Shown in pieces: positions 1-9,045 of a stretch of DNA of 32,000 nucleotides. Source of the stretch: Zygophlyctis sp. KS116 (lineage: Eukaryota > Fungi > Chytridiomycota); assembly GCA_054661495.1 (NCBI GenBank), contig BAAFSQ010000029.1:1-32000 (forward strand). The letters are read 5' to 3'. Position 1 is the stretch's first letter. Each line of letters opens with the position of its first letter. The translations under genes and the position numbers were made by a program. A model generated the notes under the pieces. That model did no database searches. It was not told the origin of the DNA and saw only the letters and a list, made by a program, of their open reading frames with translations.

Positions 1-639
1 TTAGATATAAATTATTCTCAGCCCCTAGATATTCCTGCTGGAGACGAGGAATTAGAAAGCGGAGAGCCTGAGTATGAATCAGAGATACAAGAGGATCCAG
101 AATGCGAAGAACCTTTATATGATTCAGATGTACAGGTGGATCCCGAAAGCGAAGTACCTGCATATGATTCAGATGTACAAGTGGACCCCGAAAGCGAAGC
201 ACCTACGTATGATTCAGATGTACAAGTGGATCCCTTAGAAAGCCCATGCAGTAATTCTGAAAACGACGCTCCTCATCAGGCAGAAGTGGGCCCAATAGAA
301 ACAGCTACTTTTGATGTAACTGATTATGCTTATTCAACGGAAACGCCCGAAATGGAGGCTCATCCAGTTTATGATAGTATCCCCGAGGATATTCCAACCG
401 ATTCACAGCCATCCTCTGTTTACGACACTATGCCAATTGAAACTCCCACTTACTCAGAAGAACCGGTAGTTTATGAAAGTAGCCTCCCCTATGAGACACC
501 AATAGACTCAGAAGCTCCTCTACCTGAATACAGTCCTGAAACCAATCCAGAATACGATTCACCCATCACAATGTCCGGATCTAGAACCAATACCGCATCA
601 ATCGTCTTCGGATTGCTGATGCTCTCATTCTTTTCTTAG
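1..639 (+). CDS. Acidic Pro/Ser/Thr/Tyr-rich repeat protein with C-terminal GPI-anchor-like signal (5' end outside window)
   Basis: Frame is open from base 1 (LDINYSQPLDIPAGDEELE...) to TAG at 637-639. Low-complexity D/E/P/S/Y sequence ending SGSRTNTASIVFGLLMLSFFS* (small residues, spacer, hydrophobic tail). Confidence 0.75.
   Translation, partial: LDINYSQPLDIPAGDEELESGEPEYESEIQEDPECEEPLYDSDVQVDPESEVPAYDSDVQVDPESEAPTYDSDVQVDPLESPCSNSENDAPHQAEVGPIETATFDVTDYAYSTETPEMEAHPVYDSIPEDIPTDSQPSSVYDTMPIETPTYSEEPVVYESSLPYETPIDSEAPLPEYSPETNPEYDSPITMSGSRTNTASIVFGLLMLSFFS
73..234 (+). repeat. 45-bp (15-aa) coding tandem repeat, about 3.6 copies
   Basis: Units start at 73 (degenerate), 118, 163 and 208 (partial). 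Consensus TATGATTCAGATGTACARGTGGAYCCCGAAAGCGAAG..., encoding YDSDVQVDPESExPx. Confidence 0.9.
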
Positions 640-735
640 ATTTTAAAATAGATTACTTCAATTCCAAAATGTTCATATACTGAGATCAGTGTTCCATGCT
701 TTTAAGTAGAACATCAACGATGAGGTTTTGGACCT

Positions 736-1522
736 ATGACATTAGTTGCTCATCAGCTTTTAGATGGCTGTATTCATCTATTAACACTCCAGAACAAAAC
801 TGTTGATAACTGGTTTAATATGGAATTCATGCAAAGTCTAAATAAGGCTCTTGATAAGATTGAAGAGTGGATCAAGGACAATCCAAATGCACCATGCGCT
901 TTAGTAACAGTCTCATCAAACTCTAAAATCTATTCGAATGGCTTATTTTTGGAAGAAGCCTTTAAATACGGAAGTCAGTTTTTTACTGAATACAGCCGAT
1001 TATTAAAACGATTACTTGTATTTCCAATTCCAACAGTTGCAGGTGACTATCTTGTGTTAATTTTTAGCTATTAATGGCCATGCCTTTGCTGGTGGATGTA
1101 TGTTTGCTCTTGCCCATGATTATCGAGTGATGCGTGGAGATCGTGGGTATATTTGTATGGTATATTGTATTAATTAAAAAAAGAATGAAGTTGATCTCCC
1201 TTCTGCTCTAACTCCTGGAATGTTATCTTTAGTTCGTTGCAAAGTTCCGTATAATTCATTTCGCAATATGATTATTCAAGGACATCGTTTTACTGCTCAA
1301 GAAGCTCTATCAAACTATTTTATTGATCAAGTTGCGAAAGACGCTGAATCAGTTTTACCATTGGCGATTGATTGGGCTAAAAAATGGTCCGAAAAATCTA
1401 AAGCGGGAATGATTTATGGATACTTAAAGGAGGAAATGTATGCAGAAGCAGTTAAAGATTTGAATGCATCTAAATTAGGATTAGTTAGCGTTGCAACTGG
1501 AATTGCAGAAGCAAAATTATAA
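736..1522 (+). CDS. Peroxisomal enoyl-CoA delta isomerase (crotonase superfamily)
   Basis: Introns 1043-1067 (25 nt) and 1160-1183 (24 nt) restore PTVAAINGHAFAGGCMFALAHDYRVMR and CMNEVDLP. YSNGL motif present. Ends AKL* (PTS1). Confidence 0.9.
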
Positions 1523-1570
1523 TATTTTCTGTCCTGAAACGTAAGATTTACTGTCCCGCATGTCCCAACA

Positions 1571-1803
1571 ATGATTCAATTGAGTATGATTATCATGATT
1601 AACTATCAGATTCCTCGCATGGTCTCATTAACCTGAGCTGGATATTTGGATTAGTAATTTTTTTGTTTTCAGTATTTTATCTAATTGGACTATATATGCA
1701 TAATCTGAATTCTGATTATCAGCGTCCAGAGGTAGAATCATTCCTAGATCTAGAAGATGATGAAAATATGGAGCTCACAGATGAAGAGCTGTTACTATGG
1801 TAA
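1571..1803 (+). CDS. Predicted ~68-aa single-pass membrane microprotein with acidic tail (absent from ORF track)
   Basis: ATG 1571 and intron 1584-1609 (GTATGA...TTAACTATCAG, 26 nt) give MIQLNSSHGLINLSWIFGLVIFLFSVFYLIGLYMHNLNSDYQRPEVESFLDLEDDENMELTDEELLLW*. A possible second intron (1800-1821 or 1800-1824) would move the stop to 1847-1849. Confidence 0.55.
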
Positions 1804-1850
1804 ACTAACGATCTTAATTAGCAGGGCGGAATCAAACTTGAACTTTTAAT

Positions 1851-4400
1851 ATGGATAGAAAGCAGCGATATATCCAGAAACTAAGGACTAGAGACATACC
1901 AGCGGCAGAGAAAAAGATTGTATATTTATCTATTGATAATAAAAAAAGGTTGCCTTTTTGGTACTTGAGACTGATACGGTGCGTAAATATCCAATCAAGT
2001 CTGGTATTAACTTTATTGGCAATGATAAGGATGTCGACATACAATTAAATGTACCTGGAGTCTCTGGTTTCCATGCTATGATTGGTAAAATATTTTTTAA
2101 GTAAATTTAGAGAGTTCGGACGACGGTTTAGAACATTTCATTGAAGATTTGGATTCTACAAATGGAACTCATCTGGGGCCATCAAACTATCCTTTGGGAG
2201 CTTGGAAGCTGTATCAGTTGATACATAAAAAGATGATTGCTATTGGTCCGGCTACATGCACGTATCAATTTGTTGATTCATTACCAAAGACTGGACTGGG
2301 TGAAGAAGAGGAAGAATTAAACATGACTTTTACGGTAGATAGTAGGCCGTTTGGAAGTCCAATAATGGTATTTTAATCTAAAATTGATTCAAGATCAAAA
2401 CGAAGGATTTTTTACCATCTGATATACTAAAAGAAAAATCATCTCCAGATTCAATGGTTCTTTTAAATAATCCGAATTCTTGTAGACAGGAATTAGAAGA
2501 TGGAAATCAGAATCAGACAAAAAAGCAAATGGAAGATTCTTTCAAGTATTCAAGTGATTTCGAGCTGGAATTGCCCAAACATTTTGGAAAGAGATCTAAT
2601 ACAACAGATTCACTAAAGGAAGATTTAGATGATTGTCAACCCCTTGATAATCATGAAAAAGTACAGCCTAAGGAGTTACAAAATGTTGCAAATGATGTCA
2701 CTGTTCCGATAGAGGCAAAGATAAAGACTCACCCTGCATTGGATATTTCCAAAAATGCGGCATCTGAAGTGGATAATCCAAAAGAGATTCCTAAAAAGAG
2801 GTATTTTTAAAAAAGTGTAACAATAGAAAGCTGATGGGGAAAAAGTCTTATAACTTTGATTCAGAAAAGAAGACTTCAATTGTAGTCGAGGAAAAACTAC
2901 CAAAGAAAAATAAAATGTAACCTCTACTCGCACATTAATACGTAGATTGGATTTAATGGAATCACCTATTTTGCCCAATCCACAAACGTTGGCAAAGAAG
3001 GCTTTGAATAAGAATAGATCAATAAATTCCAAATACGCAGCAAAACTGGATTTAGATAATGATTCAGATGAATCTTCGCTAGATCACCAAACCTCTGAAC
3101 AAATCTTACAAGAAATTGTCAACAGCTCTAAAAACTACAAGAAAAATGATCAAGGCCCGGATGTATCTGGAGTTAAAACCAATGATGAGGAATCAGCTCT
3201 ATTATTGATTGAAGCGGCACAAGAATCCATTGGACAGTCTGAATTAAAGGTTGATGCAGATACCAAAAGTCTGATATCTGAATCTTCATCCTCTACAAAA
3301 AAACCCAAGAAAAAAGAAGCTAAAAAGAGTCTAGGGAACAAAGATACTAGTAAAGATACAAATTCCACAAGCAAGTCTGATATCTTAATTGAGCCTAGAC
3401 GAAGCAGCACTAATTCAGACTTATCAATTGCTATTGCATTATCTGGAGGTAGAGGAAAGCGAGCAGCGGCCTCAAAAGCTCTTGAAAAGACAAAAGATAT
3501 GTATCTCAATTTGCCGCCTTTAGTAGAAGAGTGCGTAGTCTCGAAGGCTAAAAAATCAAATGATGAGCTACCAGAACCATTAAAGAAAGAAGAAAATCTA
3601 ACATCCAGTACTAAGATAGAAAAATCTCTGTCTTCTAAAAAAGAAATCAGTCAAAAGAAAAGAAATTGCTATTCGGTGAAAATTGAACCTGCGGCAACTT
3701 CTGAAGTAAAAGCCGAACCAGTTGATCAGTCTGATTTCAAAGAAAATATGATTACCAAATACTGCATTGCATTTACTGGAGGATCCAGAGATGATCGAAA
3801 ACCTTTAGAAGCGATGATACGAAAGTTTGGAGGCAAAGTGGTTGATTCATGGTCTGAATGTACACACTTAGTAACGGATAAAATTCGCAGAACATCCAAA
3901 TTTTTATGTGCACTAACTACTGGAAAATTCATAATGAATCCGAATTGGTTAGATGCCTGTAAAAAAGAAGGCAAATTCATAGGTAACAGTATTGTTGTAA
4001 CATTAGATGAATCATCGTATTTGCTTCAAGATGAAATCAACGAAAAAAAGTATAAATTCAGCCTTAGAGATGTCCTCGGTAAAACTCAAAATGGACTTCG
4101 CTTACTGAAAGATCTTCGCTTTTATGCTACGGAGAACGTGCAACCAGATCATAAAACACTTGACGAGATACTGTGTGCTTCTGGAGCAACTCTTGAACAG
4201 ACTAGGCCTCTGACACATCAGCCCATAATCATTTTATCATGTTTAGAGGATTTGAAGGAAATTGAAGGATTAGAGAAGCTGGGATATAAAGAAATTCAAT
4301 CAATGGAATTTGTTTTAACTGGACTTTTGCGTCAGAAATTAGATTACTCTAGGTAATTGATCATATTTATAATTATAGCTTTGTTTTAATAAATAAATAA
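1851..4400 (+). CDS. MDC1/Mdb1-like DNA-damage mediator: N-terminal FHA, long disordered linker, C-terminal tandem BRCT
   Basis: Introns 1920-1948, 2085-2110, 2368-2393, 2801-2826, 2917-2945, 3983-4006 and 4353-4378 join one frame. FHA motifs NFIGND, VSGFHAMI and IEDLDSTNGT. BRCT motifs IAFTGG, CTHLVTDKIRRTSKFLCAL and WLDAC. Confidence 0.85.
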
Positions 4401-4481
4401 ATAAATAAATGTATTTTCAAGTTATATCCATTTTTCAAGCTGGGTTACGGCCGATCAGGCCCGAGCGGTTGTCAAAGAAAA

Positions 4482-5033
4482 ATGAAAGATATATACAAGA
4501 TAATTTCTAAATTTGAAAATGAATCATATAATGCATCATGTCCTCCCAGAAAGCCTCCCAGAGTAAAAACATTGCCTTCCTATACAATGCCACGTTCGGA
4601 CAGTGGCATAAACTTGGAAAACAAATCTATTTCCACAGTAGATCAGTCAATAATTTCGATTAGCAATCGCAACTCCACATATCAAAATGTGTCTGTCAAG
4701 AAGCTGCGAGAAATATGGGAGAATGTCGCTTCAGATAACAAATGGCAAATCAATCCCAAAAACATTAAGCTTTCGGACGTATCCAACACGATTAAATCTG
4801 GCTGTGGTAAGAGTGTATCTTCTGATGGAATTAATAAATGTGATATGATTGTATGTGGGATAAAGACAATCATCATCAATCAGGTAAAAATGCATCAAAT
4901 TGAATTAGGATGCCATCACTGTGATTCCAGATTCTTAATGACAGCTGCTCATGAATGTGAAAAGGATGAAAACATCCAAGATTTAATAGTTCGACAAGAT
5001 GTTCAACCCAACAGTTTAAATATAATTTTGTAG
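4482..5033 (+). CDS. Hypothetical protein, possibly with a degenerate LIM-like Cys/His cluster
   Basis: 183-aa ORF with ATG in A-rich context that fills the gap between two genes. Probable in-frame intron 4851-4883. Exon structure uncertain. Confidence 0.55.
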   Translation: MKDIYKIISKFENESYNASCPPRKPPRVKTLPSYTMPRSDSGINLENKSISTVDQSIISISNRNSTYQNVSVKKLREIWENVASDNKWQINPKNIKLSDVSNTIKSGCGKSVSSDGINKCDMIVCGIKTIIINQVKMHQIELGCHHCDSRFLMTAAHECEKDENIQDLIVRQDVQPNSLNIIL

Positions 5034-5059
5034 CAGTAATGATCATAAAAACCTTTTTT

Positions 5060-6422
5060 TTATTGAAAATCAGACCATGGATCCACAAACTCAAGCGCTG
5101 AGTTTTTAGATGCAGGCCCAACTGTTTCAGGACTGCTCTGAAAATCTGAAATTATAGTATCACGGCCACTTTGAAAATCTGGAATAGTTGGAGAGTCCAT
5201 GATACATGATATTGGAGTTGATACTGATTCAACAGAATATTTTTCTGTAAAGATTTCTCCAGCAGGTGACGATTTTGGAGGCTCGGGGTTCTGCCAGTGA
5301 TTGAACAATCCGGGGTCCATCTTCTGAGAAAAACTGGATATGCCAGAATCAGTTGAAAATCCGTTTGCTATGCCTGGAGCAGAATAAGTGGCCTTTTGTT
5401 CATTTTTAGATATTGAAAAACTGGCAAAATCAATCTCTAGGGGCTTTGGTTGGCTTATAGAAGGTGTATTTGGGAGATTTTGAGCTGAATTACCTGAAAA
5501 ATTAATCGAATCCATATCCAACAAAGAATTCGACGTCACAGGGATCTGCTGAGTAGGAGAAACAGATGTTTCTGGTTTTGAAAAATCTGAAGAAGAGAAA
5601 AAATCCAAATCAGCAATTCCCGAATTTTTAGGAGAAGAATCTGATTGTTTTTTAAACTGATCAAAGTTTGCAAAATCAGCAAATCCACTTGAAGTTGAAT
5701 TTGTCGCCAATCCTGAATACGTGGTTGAAAGTTGTGAATTTGGAACGGCGGATTGAGAATATAATGATAGAATATTAGTTTTTAAATCAATCAACTTATC
5801 ACCGCCTTGAGTACTACTACTAGAAGGAGCTTGAAATGCATTGAATAAGTCATCCATCGGCGACGCTGAAGATTTCACTGCAGCCGAGACTTGCGGTTTT
5901 TGAAAACTAGACGTTTTCGCAACAATTGGCTTATTTTGAGTAACATCATTGTTCCGTAAAGGCATATCATCTTTTTGACCAGTTATTGAATCTGGATCTG
6001 GCATTGGTCCTGGAGCAGCGAATTGTTTTCTCTCATATTTGGCTCTGATCCATTGATCAATTGACCTTTGATTACTTTAGGAATAATTACCCTTCTGGAG
6101 GCTCAAAATTCGAAGGCAATTGACTTTCCCAGTAAGAATTCGCCTTTGAATTCCCCCATTTCACCATATTCTGAACTTGATCTGTTGTCCAAGTATCTAG
6201 ATCCACAGATTTTACTTTAGATATGTGTACTCCTAGCGATCTATGAATTCCTGAACATCGGATACAAAAGAAAACTCCCAAATTCCAAGAAGCCCATCTT
6301 GGATCTCTTTTTCGGCAGTCTACGCATTTCCTATTTTCAGGCCTCATCATTAATTCCTTTAGATTTTTTATATTTTTCTCATTCTGTGCCTTATCAGCAG
6401 CTCTCTCTGATCTAGTCGACAT
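5060..6422 (-). CDS. ADP-ribosylation factor GTPase-activating protein (SMAP/Age2-type ArfGAP)
   Basis: CVDC-x16-CIRC zinc finger with SGIHRSLGVHISKVKSVDLDTW. Intron 6066-6090 (25 nt) restores EGSIDQWIRAKYE. S/F-rich disordered tail ending DPWSDFQ. ATG at 6422. Confidence 0.93.
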
Positions 6423-6454
6423 GTAAATTCCCGGCAAAAATTCTACGAGAAATA

Positions 6455-7366
6455 TTAAATTCGCTTCTTCTTTCTAAATAATGGATTAAAATCTAAAATT
6501 TCCTGTACAGAATATCCATCCTTTAAATAATCTGCAATGATCAAATCTTTAGAATTTAAATCGGCCGTATCTTGTTGATCAATTGCACGTTTAACACTTG
6601 AAATTCGATCAAACGTTTCTGCACAATTTGACATGGATTTCTTATATGCAGGAGGATTATAAGATAGATCTGAATTCATTCCCTTCCATTCCCTTTCAGC
6701 TCCCCAATCTATTAATGATCCTAATAATACAGAAAAGTTTTTTGAATCTAAATCGTGCATAAACGGCCATTGTCTTCCATATTCTATGAGCCTAGAAATA
6801 TATTCTAGTCTTCTAGTCATGACTTGCCTTTTACTAACTGATAATAAATCACAAGAAGATAATATAAGATCTGATGATGGTTTCGATCCACTTTCTGCCT
6901 CTAAGACTAATAATATTACAGCCAGACAAACCGATGATTTTGATCTTCCGGTATCAAGACCAGTTAATATTCCAAATTCAGACAGCGCTTGAGATCTTGA
7001 AATAAATTTTGGTTTATCAATAATTGGTAGAGAATGCATACATTTTTCAAAATAACTAAAGAAATCTGCTAATGGCAGTTGCAATTTTAGACTAGATACA
7101 ATATTTGTAAACATTTTCCCCAATTCTTTATAATGAATTGGGCCATATTCCTGAGAAAGATGTTTGTAAACATCTCCGATAGTTAGCGGTACTTTATCCT
7201 GCCTAATAATTATAAAAACAGCGGCAGCAAGAGCCAGATATCCTTTTTTCCCTTTTCCGAAATCATAAATTGAATTGATTTGATTAAATAGATTAAGAAT
7301 CTTTTCATTTTTAGGTTGAATTGAGAGAAGATTAGTTAATTCAAAGCATTTATCTTGAATTTCCAT
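6455..7366 (-). CDS. TFIIB-related (Brf1/Brf2-like) double cyclin-fold protein lacking the N-terminal zinc ribbon
   Basis: Repeat 1: GKGKKGYLALAAAVFIIIRQDKVPLTIGDV...ELGKMF. Repeat 2: GLDTGRSKSSVCLAVILL...VSKRQVMTRRLE. Brf-like NPPAY motif. No intron needed. Confidence 0.7.
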   Translation of the reverse strand: MEIQDKCFELTNLLSIQPKNEKILNLFNQINSIYDFGKGKKGYLALAAAVFIIIRQDKVPLTIGDVYKHLSQEYGPIHYKELGKMFTNIVSSLKLQLPLADFFSYFEKCMHSLPIIDKPKFISRSQALSEFGILTGLDTGRSKSSVCLAVILLVLEAESGSKPSSDLILSSCDLLSVSKRQVMTRRLEYISRLIEYGRQWPFMHDLDSKNFSVLLGSLIDWGAEREWKGMNSDLSYNPPAYKKSMSNCAETFDRISSVKRAIDQQDTADLNSKDLIIADYLKDGYSVQEILDFNPLFRKKKRI

Positions 7367-7439
7367 TCAAAATTCTGCTTTCAGGAGAAAAATTTCTGAT
7401 GGCGCTGGCCGCCAGAGAGCTTGGGACTAAAGATCATAA

Positions 7440-8020
7440 TTACACTATTCTTTATTATCGCTATTTGCTAATGAAATAATGCATTCGAATAATTGAGTAA
7501 CACCCTCGCCTGTTAATGCGCTAGTTTCAAAGAATCTAAAATTAATTTAAAATCTTTACCGACATCCATATTTCATTGCAAAATCTCTTCCCGTTTGTGT
7601 GCTCACTTGTCTAGTTTTATCGATTTTATTTCCAATGATAATAACCTGAACGGGATGTTCGGTATAGTTTAATAATTCTTCATACCATCGAGTCAAGTTT
7701 TGAAATGTGTCCGATAATGATACATCATAGACTAGTAATGCGATGTGAGTATCTTTATAAAATTCATTTCGAATATCAAAATAAACATCATCACCGGCAG
7801 TATCCCAGAAATTAAATCTTATTTCGGATTTGTTTGATGATACTAATTTAACACCATAATCTATTCCAATTGTGGAAATGTACTCTTGAGTGAATTTTTC
7901 TTCACAATATCTTTTAATTATGCATGATTTTCCACATGCAGATGGTCCAAGTGATAATATTTTAATTCTATTCGGTTTTGATGGAGGTCGGATATCAAGA
8001 TAGGAGGATATTATATCCAT
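7440..8020 (-). CDS. RJL-family Ras-like GTPase (Rjl; DNAJC27/RBJ relative without J domain)
   Basis: KILSLGPSACGKSCIIKRYCEEKF, TIGIDYGVK, DTAGD (no catalytic Gln), IRNEFYKDT and NKID. Intron 7536-7559 (24 nt) restores FFETSA. No C-terminal prenylation Cys. Confidence 0.9.
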
Positions 8021-8149
8021 TTAATTTAGGGATTTACGACACGAAATTCTCAATAGATGAAAAATCATGATTGATGCTGGATTCTATTATCTTGAAATTC
8101 AAAGATATGTTTATCTAGTATTAATGCATCTGATATGAATGCATTCGAG

Positions 8150-8968
8150 CTAATGAAAGCATGTATTATGACTACCTAGATATAAATTTGTAAAGACTAT
8201 TACTTTCAGCATGAACCATCATTTCAGTCTTCTTATACTGATTCAACTCTTCTCTAATCTGGCTCTTTAATTGTGGTGTAAGTCGCTTAAATGTGAGATC
8301 ATCATCTGGCTTCCGATTATATTCAGTTTTCTTATAAGTTGCTGCAACTTCAATTTCTTCAGAGAAAAACAATATTTTGGAATTCTTTAGAGATGAGGCT
8401 GATGGACGATCATCGAGGAATGATTCAAGTTTTGAAGATATTTCATGTTTCTCTGCTTGAGCAAGATTGATATCTGATCCTAAAAATTAAATATTTTATA
8501 ATCAAACCTTTAAGAATGTGCATTTGCTTCAAGTGATCCTTTTCTGGTCTCTTCTTTAGGATTGACTTGAGTTCAGCTTGCTTGACGTGGAATTTCTCTT
8601 CTGGGACCAAGTTTTCAAAACTTCCTTAAATATTAGCAAGAAAATAAATACCCTTGATAATATTTCTTAGCTTTAAGTCATCCTTTGTTGATCTCATTGA
8701 TAATTTTCTGTTTAATGAGTTCTTGATGGTCGCACTCTCTTGTGCCTGTTTTTGAGCGGCAAGCTCTGGAGAGTAATTATCAGATACTGCATCAGCTAAT
8801 GTTTAATCAAGTCTTCTTACCAGGCATTATATGCTTTGCCACTAGTTCTTCAGGAGATAATCGCTTGCTGATTCGCCGTCCAATATCTGTTACAAGCTGA
8901 GAAAGGTTTCTACCTGTTGGCGGAGAGGCCTTTGCTGTGTTCTTTTCTGAGGCACTCATCACATCCAT
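8150..8968 (-). CDS. Phactr-like phosphatase and actin regulator: 4 RPEL-like motifs plus C-terminal PP1-binding domain (~236 aa)
   Basis: Introns 8796-8820, 8625-8651, 8480-8507 and 8176-8203. RPEL-like motifs RRISKRLSPEELVAKHIM, LNRKLSMRSTKDDLKLRNII, LKSILKKRPEKDHLKQMHIL and LESFLDDRPSASSLKNSKIL, followed by FFSEEIEV..YNRK..FKRLTPQLKSQIREELNQYKKTEMMVHAESSHNTCFH*. Confidence 0.88.
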
Positions 8969-9045
8969 TTTAATAATTGTTGAATGTGGGGGGTGGAATT
9001 GCCACTATATAGCTCAAGTGGCGCCTCAAAAACGAGTTTACAACT

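Noticed and set aside
73-234. 45-bp periodic repeats as a CRISPR array
   Set aside because: The units are contiguous, in frame, lack unique spacers and sit in a eukaryotic CDS with no cas genes.
8055-8140. Box C/D snoRNA in the Rjl-Phactr gap
   Set aside because: CTGA is present but there is no proper RTGATGA box C and no rRNA guide I can identify.
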